Shown piece by piece: positions 45,042-57,877 of a stretch of DNA of 64,000 nucleotides (positions within the stretch are counted from its first letter, which is position 1; each line of letters opens with the position of its first letter). The translations under genes and the position numbers were made by a program. A model generated the notes under the pieces. It was not told the origin of the DNA. It saw only the letters and a list, made by a program, of their open reading frames with translations, and made no database searches. Source of the stretch: Macrostomum lignano (lineage: Eukaryota); NCBI GenBank assembly GCA_002269645.1, contig NIVC01001260.1, positions 1 to 64,000 on the forward strand, written 5' to 3'.

Positions 45042-45870
45042 TGTTGGGAAGTTAAAATCGTGTAGCTGAATGGCGCGATTTTGTGCTGCAGCTGCAGTCT
45101 ACGCTCGAAGTCCTTGGAGTTCTGCAGCTCTTCGGAGCTTGCTGGAATCCCGTTTTTATCAGAATTTGCTGCCATTCATCCATCCTTGTGATTGGTCTGC
45201 AGCTCTTGGCCCTCTTCTTGTCATCAGTGTTGCACACTGTCTATACTCTATAGAATCTCTCTGGCATTGTTCTTCACTGAGCGTCAGTCAATGTGTCTAA
45301 AAGTAGCTTTCTTTGTTTAAGTTAGAACCCCTAAATTTTCTACTCTAGCAAATTTGAAGTATACTTGCATAGCCGCTTGAGATGAGAACTGAGCTTTACA
45401 TGTAGAGCTGTGCGGAGAGTTTGCTCAAAATTGTTGTTGGAAAATTGTTTTGTGTTAGGGGCAAGGGCGTTCACTGCTTAGTTTCTTACCCCATTTTTAC
45501 GCTGCTCAAATCTGTCGTTTAATTCGTCTTTGTTTACCCCATCTTACAATATCGATCTAACAAAAATGCAAGGTTTTCTAAATCTTTTTTCTAACGCGGA
45601 TGCACTCTTAATTTCTTTCCCGTTGTTAGGCATGTACACATGCCTACATTCTGAGCATCTAAGTAGTGCCGCAGTTTAGGATAGACATGGATAAAGCTGA
45701 TTAATCCATGTAGAGATGCACTCATGTTTCACTTTAGTTTCATTATAGAGCAGAGTAGAGTGATGTGTCCTTCAAGAGCAAAAGCTCGGGTCGTATATTA
45801 GTATTAAATAAATTATGCATTCATTCTGGCGTCGAAGGCACTATACCCACATTTCTCAAAGGACTTCGCA

Positions 45871-47021
45871 ATGCATAAAGCACTGCTCCATCTCATTCTT
45901 CTGCACGCGATTAGTGTTTCAGGGCAGATTTCGCTGCCCGAAGTGCACAGCAGCAGCTGGTCGGGCGGTCGAGTCCGCCACTTCTTCGTCTCCTCCATCA
46001 ACCAAGCCAGCGATGTGCTGCAGTGCGCTGCACAGGCTGCCAAGCACCTGCTCGCTCACCAGCTGCTGGTCTTCATCCCTCGAGACGGTGCTCAGCAGCC
46101 CCAGTGCATCGTGGGTGAGTGAGTCCTGGCTGCATGCTCGATGCCTTAAACCTGATGAAGCTGCTCACCCAGCTGAGCTCATTCGCATTCCAGCAAACCG
46201 AAGTGGCGCTGTGTGTCGCAGACTGACGCCTCACACTCACCAGTCTCCGTGCTGCATCAGGGTGAGTAGCAAGCGTGCACTGACTCACCTGACAGCCAGG
46301 TAACTGACAGCACTTGCCTGACCGCAGCTCTCAATGCCTCACTGCAGGTGTTTGTGACGTCACTCAGCGACTGCTGGATCAGCATCCAGCGTCGGGTGGA
46401 CAACTCGACAGACTTCTATCGCAACTGGACCGAGTACGCAGCCGGCTTCGGAGAGGGAGCTCACACGAACCACTGGCTCGGTGAGTGCAGTGCAGTGCGG
46501 TCATGACGGTATTGATGCACTTTTTGATAGCGCTGGCCTCCTGTGGCTGTGAGCTGCTCAGCATTGAGCTGTGCTTGACAACTGCAGGTCTGCGAGCTGT
46601 GCACTCTCTGACCTGGCCGTCTGGTCGAGCACTTCGCATGCGAATGAGGCTGTGGAATGGCACGGAGTTCTGGGCCGACTACTCCAGCTTCTCCGTGGCC
46701 AGCGAGACCGACAAGTTCCGTTTGAATGTCTCCGGTTTCCATGGCAGCCATCCCGCGATGTACGACAGCCTCGCTTCGCACAATGGAGCCATGTTCAGCA
46801 CCTTAGATTCTGACAACGATGGTAGTTCAGGTCACTGCAGCACCTACTACAAAGGAGGCTGGTGGTTTTCAAGCTGCTACATGTGCAGTCCTAATGGTTT
46901 GTACTACAACCCACCTGAGGCGCTGGAAACCGCCATTAACAATGGAATCGTTTGGAAATTTCCATTCGGTGCTGGCTACTCGATGCAGGAGTTCGAGATT
47001 CTTGTGTCCGCTAAAGCCTAA
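45871..47021 (+). CDS. Secreted fibrinogen-related (FReD; ficolin/angiopoietin-like domain) protein, copy 2, 299 aa, 4 exons
   Basis: Exons 45871-46114, 46173-46261, 46348-46480, 46588-47021, all phase-compatible (900 nt). Signal peptide MHKALLHLILLHAISVSG; IQRRVDNSTDFYRNWTEYAAGFG, HWLG, HNGAMFSTLDSDND, GGWWFSSC, NGLY. Confidence 0.9.
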
Positions 47022-50000
47022 AAGCCAGCTGCTGGGAACGTTATTGAAGGTTAAAACTAGACCTTTACGCCGAAATGATAAGTCTACTTCTTGGCTTCGA
47101 ATACTGACTGATTTAGGTAACTTTTAGTGACCATTGATAAGGCTGATCCTATCTAAGGCTCTGTTCGAGTTTTCGAACTGTGCAATTCGTTTAAACAATG
47201 ATTTTTTACAGAATACTACGAGCGTGGTTGTTAAGAAATGATTACAAATATGGATGGAAGATCTTGGACTTTGTTGCGGGAGCATTAAATTAAAAGCAAC
47301 TTTAAAATACACTTGATTTAGACTGGAATAGCGCGGGACAGAGCTGATATATGCAGTACAGCACCAAGGACGCCAGCACCAAGATGTGGTACGGGTATAG
47401 CGAAGAAACTCGCAAGACATGAAACTTAGACTTTGGTGTCTCAGGGATCACGGAAGTGAAAAATCCCTGTTGGGCAAATAATAAAGGAAAAGCGCGAGAT
47501 CTTCGATCTGCTTGCATAGAAGTTTTGATACTTTCGGAGAGGAATTGACGCTAATATTTGCGGATGATTTGTGTGGTATCTTGCTAACCAAACAAAGCTT
47601 CCAGACTTGATGCAATGATCGCATTCTTTGCATGGATATTCTTCTACATGTACATGTAGGCTTCGTATACATACATCAACCAATTTAATTGGATGTTGCT
47701 TTGAATTTAATTAAAAATTGTATTTTCAAGTAAATTTAATTTGGAACTATAGCATCCAATACATCTAAGAGTACATGTACGTACGTGCAGTCTAATGTTG
47801 CGTTGATGGAAGATCATCATCCGGAAGTGTATTGGCAGTTTTCAGGGTGACGTGCAGTGGTGCTAATTATTGTTGATTGTTGCATGTAATTTCTTGCCAA
47901 TTCATGAGTTACTACATGTAGGTACATACATATGTATTCGTACATGTATACTCATATATAACACTCGCTGCATGGTCTTAATCCCTATCCACATATACAT
48001 AGGACACAGCAGCCCCTAATTAGCTACTGTGCATCCAGCATGGATACTGTATATGATTGGGTCCTGCATGCATTGGCGCTGCTGCGACGTGAGCGTGAAA
48101 AGTTGCCATCAACTTTGCAAAAAGTAAGTTTATCCCAACTTACTTTTTGTATCCTCGTATGCGCGTATGGACGTTCATCTGAATTGTGTCGAGCGGAAAT
48201 GGATTCAAAAACTCATAAGTCAAGACTATATATATAGTAGCTGATCAAACGGCGTATACTAACGGCCTAACTGAAAGATACTAAAAACACAAAAATGTGT
48301 CAGCAAAAAGTGGTCACCTTTTTTCGCTGGATTTCAAGCATAGATGGACCGGTTTTGCCTCAGCTAATTATTGCTCCACTAGTAGGTTGATTAAAGTTAT
48401 GCAAATCGATGCAGAATGTGAGCATACTGTCGACATCTTTGACAAATAGCTGCTTTTACATTGCACTGACGTATGACATCGTTATCCGCGGATGCAATAT
48501 GTAAAAGCACATACTTTCATCGACGTCGATAGACGTTGGTAACGTAATGTAGCTGCCACCAAACAACGACTTCGTCTTCACTCTCTACTCTGAACTCTAA
48601 CAACCATGTCATGCAATTAAAAATGCGCTACAATACACAACCGTATTCAGGTGTTCTGAAGTGTATCGTTGAACACCATCGGACAAACTGATGCAGACTT
48701 CTGAATTGGATTCAGAAAAAAGCATGCAAGCAGCAATCGGGGAATGGAAAGGAAAATTTATCTTTGGATTCATCATGATCCCATCCACTGTTCCATCTGT
48801 TTTTGTTGATTGGTTTCTTTTCCTTTTTAGGGCATCCGTTATTACACATATTTTGCGTTCATTCCTCTTTCCAACGTCAGAAAAGTTTTTAGCGTATTTC
48901 ACTTTCAATAACAGATATGCATGTACTGCATATTCCCTGCATCGATTTGAGACATAACAGGCGTATAGCTTTTAAGCAGCCTAGTGAAGGATGTTGAGGC
49001 GAAACCGGCATTCTATGTGTGGAATCGAGCGAAATAGGTGACCACTTTTTATTTTGAGTTGACACACAGTGTTTTTAATAGATTTCTGTCACTCACGTAA
49101 CCGGCTTTAAACTTTTAATTACGCAATTGGTAAAACAATATTTAAAGTCCTGTTGTAATACAATATTAAACTGAAGCCTATAGTAAAACAATTTTTGTAC
49201 TGTTTAAAATTTAATTTTAAGTCCTGCAGCACAGCTTTTTTACGCGTAAACTCTTTTTCAGTTTTCCCCTTGGTTTGAAAATTGATATGTAATTTTATGC
49301 AATCTTTTATAATGCAATCCAACTCTATGCATCTTTTATCTTTATTTATCATTGTTTTATACAGTCTTTAAGCCTGACGTGGTGCCCTTCCTTTGATGTT
49401 TGTGATCGAAAGTAACATTTTTTTATAAATTGGTATTGCCCTTGCTTTTCCTTTTTGCTTTTCTAGCTAAGGAACCTGGCCTGGCCTGGGCTTGATGCAT
49501 GCATGCTATGATTATAGGCCTATCCCTATACCAAATGCATTGGGATAATTAGGTTAGAGACACTTTGGACTTTACATGAATTTTCATTTTTCCATAACAA
49601 TGGGCACCTTCCTGACTATGGCCTAGGCATACCTTTAGTTCACAATCATTTACATGTATTTCTGCTATTTTAATGATCATCATAAACTGAAGTAGATATA
49701 TAGGCCTAGGATCCTTATTATTGCCATGCTATAGCCATAGCATGGGAAAAATTATACTATAGGTTGACTTTTCCATTTAGTTTTTCTAGTAAAATGAATA
49801 AGCCTAGGCCCCTAGTTTAACAATGTTTGCTTTTTTCGAGCAAGCCATGATCACTTAAATTGAAAATTACATGGGGATTGTGTTGTGAACCAAAATTAAT
49901 GCATGTAAAATGATGGTATATAGAACAGAAGCCCAAAGGAAAGAATGAATGCCAAATTTTTTTCCATCTAGGGCTAGGCTATTATTTCCAGGATCCTAGG

Positions 50001-50519
50001 CCTATATATAGACTTCAGTTATGATCATTAAAATAGCAGAAATACATATAAATGATTATAAACTAAAGGTAGGCCTAGGGGGTTAGTAGTGATTTTATAT
50101 CCTAAATTATTTGATAAATAGGATCTTAAATAGCTATAGAATTATCTACTTTGCCTTTTGATTTACAAATAATCATTATTTAGGGCATATGGCTATATGT
50201 ATTTCTGATTTTTTGCCACTTAGATGATTATAAACCAAAGTAGATATATAGGGTCCTATTGAACAAACAGTTCTAAAATATAAAATGATAAAAAAACCTA
50301 GGCCTACTTAACTTTGGTTTACAATGAATCATTTATATATATTATTTATACTATTTAAATAAAGGCAGTTGTTATTAGTAAGACCTTTTCATGTATACTG
50401 ATTAATATTTTGTTGTATACTAGTAGACACTAGTGTAAATGTATAAGAAAAGCAGTGTATTCAATTTGGCATAATTTGGTATATAAGACAAACACTAGTA
50501 TAACAACATAATAATCAAG

Positions 50520-51039
50520 GCCAATCTGAGGCCCTGGACGACAGGCTCAAGGCTCGGCTGTTTCAGGCAGTCATCGAGACTGTCCTGTTGTACAACGCCA
50601 AGACTTGGACCCTGACGGACGCCTTGGAGAGGCAGCTGGACGCTGCATATGCAGCAATGCTGCGTGCAGCTTTCGGAGTGCGCAGCAGCCCAGGCAGCGA
50701 GACCAATGCCACACTCTACACTAGGGCGCGCCTGACGCGGCCTTCTGACCTGCTGCGCGGGCGGCAACTTCAACTGGCTGGCCACGTCATCTGGTCGGAG
50801 GCCCGCTGTCCTGAGCCGCTACACGATATGCTGCTGCTCAAGCTGCAGGGACTGCACAGGCGAGGCCAAGGGCGAACAGTGCAATACCCTGACCAACTTT
50901 TGAGTGACGCTGGTGCCCCGGACCAAGTAGGGGAATGCGACTTCCTGAGGGCAATGGCCCAGAGACGCGCTTTCTGACTGCTCCCCCCTTTCTGGCTACT
51001 GTGTGGCCGGCGGGAGCAGTACCTTGTTGTTGTTGTTGT
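50520..51039 (+). mobile_element. 5'-truncated RTE-like LINE (3' end) with (TTG)n tail
   Basis: RLFQAVIETVLLYNAKTWTLT...RQLQLAGHV is a typical RTE C-terminal region. Tail TTGTTGTTG at ~51024-51039; 12-bp TSD ATAATAATCAAG at 50508-50519 and 51040-51051. Confidence 0.92.
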
Positions 51040-54000
51040 ATAATAATCAAGAAACGAGTAAGAAGTCTTTGAAGTCTAGGATCACCGTTGTAGTTTCTAT
51101 AAAATAGATATTTTAGCATTATCAATTTAACCAGTCAAATAATAAAAAGCCTATTTGTCCGGTATTAACCAGATGAACGGGAAAGCATGGCCATTATCCA
51201 GTAACCAGACAAATAACCACATCGCTATTTGTCCAGTCACCGGACAAATAACAACTGCCTTAAATGAATATAAACCAATATAGATATATAATTATAATTA
51301 TACAATCTTCTTTGTCAAAAACTTGCACACATATAAACATTTTAACATTATTTTGTATTAGTTAAGTTGGCATTAGATCCTTTAATGACTAAAAAATAAA
51401 GAATATTGTATTGTAATGTTATAGTTTTCGATTGCTAGTTTATAATTAAAAACATGTTTTGTATTTTATATCTTTCTAATATGGATTGTTATCAATTCAA
51501 GGATTGTAAACTAAAAGAATGCCAAAAGTATGACTTTGTTTGTATACTAGGATTATAAATGTATCATTGACACAATGTTTCTGCTGTGTCATATATCAAG
51601 ATGTATACTAATATACGCTAAAAATGGCAAGTTATATATTGCTATATATTGTTATATATTGTTATATATTGGGATCCTGGCATATATGTTGCCTTCCAAA
51701 CCATGGAATGTAGCCAATAAGGTTTTTAAGATAAGGAGATTCTTTATGAAGATTGATTTTTATAGTTAATATTCAACTAAAGCATAGAGATGAGACTTTT
51801 TCAAGTTTTGGTAGGTCTATATAAACTTTTTAATCTTCAATCATTAGAACTACTTAGATAAAAAAGGTAGAAAATCAATTTGGTAAAAATAGGTTTTTTT
51901 TGCCAAAAGTGTTGTTTTATTAAACAAAAAAATAATAAGCAAATATATAACAATGTTTAGTTTTATGTACATTTATTTGTTTAATTGGCAGTTGCTCTAT
52001 AGTAATGCTTATTGCTATGTAGACACATGCTTTTGGCAGTGACATACAGCATTGATCCTTTGCTATTTAATAATAAAGCAGGGGTACTCTGAGTAAAGGT
52101 AGCTATTATTATTGTCAAGTTATAACATATTTTATAGTGGTTCAACCCCAATGTAATCACAAGTTTAACTACAATTTGGTGAATTCACAACCTTTTTTGC
52201 TTTAACCAGTTTGTAAGGTTGTGTATATTTCTTTGCCTTTTTCTCTTTTTTTTGTCACAGGCCTTTTGGCTCTCTATAAGAATCCTACTAAATGCCACCA
52301 AAAGCTGTCCCAGGGCTCTTATTTATTCCTTTGTCTAGCCTTACTTGCTGCCACCAAGCTTTTGCAGGGGTTATCCCTTCTTGTTAGTATTGCTGGTTCT
52401 TACTTACCCTTTACTCGTAGCGCATGTACTTCTATTGGTAGCGTATGTATTTTTATTGGTAGCGTATGTACTTTTATTGTACTTTCTGGCCTGAGCGGTC
52501 TATTAGCACTGTCTATTCTATTCCTATATTCCCCTAAAATATTATTCTCCCAGTCCTGGGCATTCCCTAGATCAGAGGGTCACAGCTTATGCTCTTTCTC
52601 TGCCCTGAGGCAGTCTTTCCCTCGCTCTGAGGCGGTTCTCCTGCCCTGAGGCGAATTTACTATTACTGCCCTGAGGTGATCTCTCGCTGTTAGCGATCTT
52701 CTCCCAATCTGGGGGTAATCCTTATAGAAATGAACAATCCAAATAAGAATTCTTTAAAGACTTCTTATTGAATGAACTTATTGCTTCAATATTATTTGAA
52801 CAAGCGAATGAAGCGAGCAAGTTGCTCTTCTTGGCCCCATCTGGGCTCCTATTTATACCATTTCGTATATATATTTAAAACAAACTTTGATTTTTTTACA
52901 ATATTATTTGCGCACACAACGTTAAAACAAAAATATTACTATTTGGCGGAAATTTGAATATGGTAATTTCTAAGAAAGCAATTGTTCGCGTAGACTAAAA
53001 ATAAAGCCATATTTCATACTGTAAAGCAGATATATTACACTGCCTCATTTTAACTTGTTTCATTACTTTCATTATTGATATTATACATCTCTACATCCAT
53101 TGCAAGTTTCATTAATAGTATAATTGCCATTGTTTACTTTTCATATCTTAGTAGTCATTGATAATAACTCAGAAAATAATAAAAGTATACTAATTGATTG
53201 CAAAATCAATAAGGCAATATGTTGTATGCATATTATAAAATGAAAGAAAGAGAAAATGTAGTGTTGACAATTTCCATTCCTGTAGTAGTATAGTTGTACT
53301 ATGTTTACTACATTTAAATATGCTGCAAATTGTCATTTTTTATAATCAATCATAAATCATGCCCAGACTAAAAATCAATATATTTCATGCCTAACTAAAT
53401 ATTTTACACTTGTTTAACCTCTAATATTTTAACTGCTTGCAGGTTTCTGCAGGTAAGAACACAAAAATAGTGCAGAGAAGAAACAGCCTACAGATGGCGC
53501 ATAGACAGCACATAGATGGCATACAGGCAGCATATGATCATCTATCAAAAATTGTTCCAGCACATTGCGCCACCTTTCTGACTATGGCTGAGGCATAAAA
53601 AACAAACTAGGGTACCAAAACATAGCCACTATAAAGAATAAAAACTTTTTTCTAAGTATATTATAAAAAAATTAACTTTAAATTTGGCATAATAAATCTA
53701 GAGCCAAGATGCTGAATTAGTAACCATATCTTTTTGAACCATATAGCTATAGATAAATTTATTGTCTTTTTTAAATCATATTTCATTATAGTTGAAAAAA
53801 TTCTTAGTAAATGAACATGCGTTTTATGTATTCTAAAAATATAATATAAACCTTGCCTAATAAGCCTAATATCTTAGTTTCGATCAAGTTTTGTTTTTTT
53901 GTTCCAACTAGGCCTACAATAAATATTAGAAATTTTATGTGCATATAATAAAATTACATAGCATAATATCTATCATATTTACATTGAGATGTTTATTTTA

Positions 54001-54253
54001 AGGTTATTATATCTTATAGAAAGTATATAATAATGTAAAAGTCTTGACTACCCAAGCACTTCAGATTTATTTATTTAACATTATGACTGGATATACCAAA
54101 TATTTCTTTGTCTGTATGTGAAAATAGAAGATTAATTACCTTACTGTTTGTTAATGTCTTTGCATGCAGCCCCAGGCCGCTATCACCAACATCACTGTTA
54201 AGAATCCTAATTTTTCATCAACTCAAAGCTAACACTCGCCTATCAAAGCAACC

Positions 54254-55487
54254 ATGGCTCCAATTGTTGTCACCCTGCCAGATGGCAGCAGCGATGCGAG
54301 GATTGCTGCTCAGACGGCTTCCATTGCCGAACTGAAAGTCTGGGCAGCCAGCCGTTGCGGCCTGTCTCCACTGCAGTTGGGCGTCTTTGCCGCTTCTGGT
54401 GCCGCGCTTGACGATGCCGACTCTTTGGTCGGTCTGGACTGTGCTGAACTGCAGGTTTGTCAGCTGAGCTTGTATTCGATTCACTATTTATAGATTTAGG
54501 AATTCCATGCAGGCTCATCTGAAAGATCAAAAATTTATCACGAGCACGAATTCACAACTGAAAGGTCGGGGGGATTCCCTACAGACCCACAACTGATGGA
54601 TCCAGGGGATTTCCCACAGACCCACATCTGTAGGATCGGAGGGGATTCCCCACAGACCCACATCTGTAGGATCAGAGGGGATTCCCCACAGACCCACAAC
54701 TGTAGGATCAGAGGGGATTCCCCACAGACCCACATCTGTAGGATCGGAGGGGATTCCCCACAGACCCACATCTGTAGGATCAGAGGGGATTCCCCACAGA
54801 CCCACAACTATAGGATCAGATGGGATTCCCCACAGACCTACAACTGTAGGATCGGAGGGGATTCCCCACAGACCCACAACTGTAGGATCGGAGGGGATTC
54901 CCCACAGACCCACAACTGTAGGATCGGAGGGGATTCCCCACAGACCCACAACTGTAGAATCGGAGGGGATTCCCCACAGACCCAACTACTGTAGGATCAG
55001 AGGGGATTCCTTACAGACCCAAAAATGAAGAATTGGCGGATTCCCACAGACCCACAACTGAAGGGGGGAATTCCTACAGACCCACAACTGAAAGATAAGG
55101 GGATTCCCCACAGACCCACAACTGAAAGATAAGGGGATTCCCCAGAGACGCACAACTGATGGCTCAGGGTTCCTATTGCATCTCAGTCCGGTCTACCGCG
55201 TAGTATATCAGGAAACAAAATTCTCACCAATACACGAATGCGGACTAATCTCACACATGCATCGCTAATCTCCCTGCCAGGTGCAGGCCCTGCTGCCCGG
55301 CGGCAAAGTGCACGGTTCGCTGGCTCGCGCCGGCAAAGTGCGCGGCCAGACGCCTAAAGTGGCCAAACAGGAGAAGAAGAAAAACAAAACCGGCCGGGCT
55401 AAGCGGCGAATCCAGTATAACAAACGGTTTGTTGCCACCGTCAACCTGCCTGGCGGTCGTCGCCGCGGTCCCAATGCCAACTCTTAA
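54254..55487 (+). CDS. FAU: Ubiquitin-like FUBI / 40S ribosomal protein S30 (eS30) fusion, 135 aa, two exons (54254-54454, 55281-55487)
   Basis: GG|[40 protein letters not shown] is the eS30 signature. Divergent Ub-like N-terminus; phase-0 GT-AG intron. Confidence 0.95.
54560..55160. repeat. Minisatellite, 36-bp unit (FAU intron)
   Basis: Unit TGTAGGATCGGAGGGGATTCCCCACAGACCCACAAC. Confidence 0.95.
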
Positions 55488-55719
55488 TTCTTAGAAATCA
55501 TGTTCAAGACTGATTTATTGCTTATTCAGCAAGTCAGCAATGTGAAACTATTAAACGAACTGATTAAAATTTTGTGACTCCAGTCTTTGGCAGTCTTTGG
55601 AGCGGCTTGGATTGAAAAAAAACAACGCGTGTCTGTGTTTGTGTCTTTGCCCTTTTGAATTTTTAGCAACAACTAGTAGTTAAGTAAGTGTCGAGGGTAT
55701 ATTTTCCTAATTAGGCGTA

Positions 55720-56710
55720 TCCTATTTATCATAATCAGGAAATTAGGTATTTTTCCAAATTAGGTATGTTTCCTAATCAGGTATGTTTTCTAACTAGGTA
55801 TGGTTCCAAATTAGTTATGGTTCCAAATTATGTATGGTTCCAAATTAGGTATGGTTCCAAATTATGTATGGTTCCAAATTAGGTATGGTTCCAAATTAGG
55901 TATGGTTCCTAATCAGGTTTGTTTCTAATTAGGTATGGTTCCAAATTAGGTATGGTTCCAAATTAGGTATGGTTCCAAATTAGGTATGGTTCCAAATTAG
56001 GTATGGTTCCAAATTAGGTATGGTTCCAAATTAGGTATGGTTCCAAATTAGGTATGGTTCCAAATTAGTTATGGTTCCAAATTAGGTGGGTTTCCAAATT
56101 AGGTATGGTTCCAAATTAGGTATGGTTCCAAATTAGGTGGGTTTCCAAATTAGGTATGGTTCCAAATTAGGTATGGTTCCAAATTAGGTGGGTTTCCAAA
56201 TTAGGTATGGTTCCTAATTAGGTATGGTTCCAAATTAGGTATGGTTCCTAATCAGGTTTGTTTCTAATTAGACATGGTTCTAAATTAGGTATGTTTCCTA
56301 ATCAGGTATGTTTTCTAACTAGATATGGTTCCAAATTAGGTATAGTTCCAAATTAGGTATAGTTCCAAATTAGTTATGGTTCCAAATTAGGTATGGTTCC
56401 AAATTAGGTATGGTTCCAAATTAGGTATTTTTCTAATTAGATATGGTTCCAAATTAGGTATTTTTCTAATTAGATATGGTTCCAAATTAGGTATTTTTCT
56501 AATTAGATATGGTTCCAAATTAGATATTTTTCTAATTAGATATGGTTCCAAATTAGGTATTTTTCTAATTAGATATGGTTCCAAATTAGATATTTTTCTA
56601 ATTAGATATGGTTCCAAATTAGGTATGTTTCCTAATTAGGTATGTTTCCTAATTTGGTGTGTTTCCTTATTTGGTATGTTTCCTAATTAGGTACTTTTCC
56701 AAATTAGGCA
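55720..56710. repeat. Minisatellite, 17-bp unit, with a 33-bp dimeric sub-array at ~56390-56620
   Basis: Unit TATGGTTCCAAATTAGG. Confidence 0.95.
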
Positions 56711-57264
56711 TATTTTGTTAATTAGGGTAATCTTTCGTTAGAAAAAGTGGTTATCCGCATGATAAAAAAATCCTGTTTTGTTTTTATAATTCTTTTAAAA
56801 TATTGTGTAAGTCATGTTTACGTATCAATAAAATTCCAATAAAACAGGTAAGAATTGTGTGATATGTTTTAGATGCATAAATCGACATCATTTAGTACAG
56901 ACAGACTGTTGGTGAAGCAATTCTCGGTAAGTACTTGATGTACTTTTCAGATTTTATTCGTCTTAATAGAGGCAGATTCTTTAATAATTACTGAGCTTGA
57001 ATGATCGCGCACAAAAATGATGAGAAACTTTCCCTCACAATGAAATTTAATTGACTGCTAGTGGTCATTATTCATTGATTATAAACTAATTTGTCTCTGA
57101 ATTGTGCGCGGCATTGAGATGGCTGAATCAGTTTGTGTTTCATTTATTTTCATCCTTTTTTATTGCCAATCTCACTTTCTGTCTATTTTGTTTACCATGC
57201 GGATAACCAATATATTATTTTAATTTTTAGCTGATAACTGAAGTCTCCATTTGCAGCAGTAGCG

Positions 57265-57800
57265 GCCATAGACAATAATGCCTTGCCTTTTCTAGTAGTA
57301 TAATGTTTCGTTAATAGTTTCTTAGACATCCATAGTCTATGGTCAGGCCATAGACAATAATGCCTTCCCTAGTAGTATAATGTTTCGTTAATAGTTTCTT
57401 AGACATCCATAGTCTATGGTCAGGCCATAGACAATAATGCCTTCCCTAGTAGTATAATGTTTCGTTAATAGTTTCTTAGACATCCATAGTCTATGGTCAG
57501 GCCATAGACAATAATGCCTTCCCTAGTAGTATAATGTTTCGTTAATAGTTTCTTAGACATCCATAGTCTATGGTCAGGCCATAGACAATAATGCCTTCCC
57601 TAGTAGTATGTTTCGTTAATAGTTTCTTAGACATCCATAGTCTATGGTCAGGCCATAGACAATAATGCCTTCCCTAGTAGTATGTTTCGTTAATAGTTTC
57701 TTAGACATCCATAGTCTATGGTCAGGTCATAGACAATAATGCCTTCCCTAGTAGTATAATGTTTCGTTAATAGTTTCTTAGACATCCATAGTCTATGGTC
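57265..57800. repeat. Minisatellite, 77-bp unit, ~7 copies, ending ~77 bp upstream of the PSMA4 ATG
   Basis: CCATAGACAATAATGCCTTCCCTAGTAGTATAATGTTTCG... recurs at 57348, 57425 and 57502. Each unit contains the palindrome CCATAG-T-CTATGG. Confidence 0.95.
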
Positions 57801-57877
57801 AAAAATAAAAACTATGCATGCTGAATCGGTTACGAGCGAAGAAGACACAAAAATATTATTAATAATAAACGACAACA

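Noticed and set aside
46295-46298. 4-nt microexon candidate (AG|CCAG|GTAACT) in FReD intron 2
   Set aside because: Inclusion would shift the frame; exons 2 and 3 already join in phase 0.
45815-46303. 162-aa ORF MHSFWRRR... as the FReD N-terminus
   Set aside because: The alternative frame from 45871 gives a signal peptide and phase-compatible splicing, and is matched by the paralog.
52221-52649. Hydrophobic 142-aa ORF
   Set aside because: Alternative start, low-complexity T/C-rich sequence with short internal repeats, lies in a decayed repeat-like region, and has no recognisable motif.
57265-57800. CRISPR-like regular spacing in the 77-bp array (also considered for the 58-bp and 69-bp arrays)
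   Set aside because: Whole units are repeated with no unique spacers; eukaryotic context; no cas genes.
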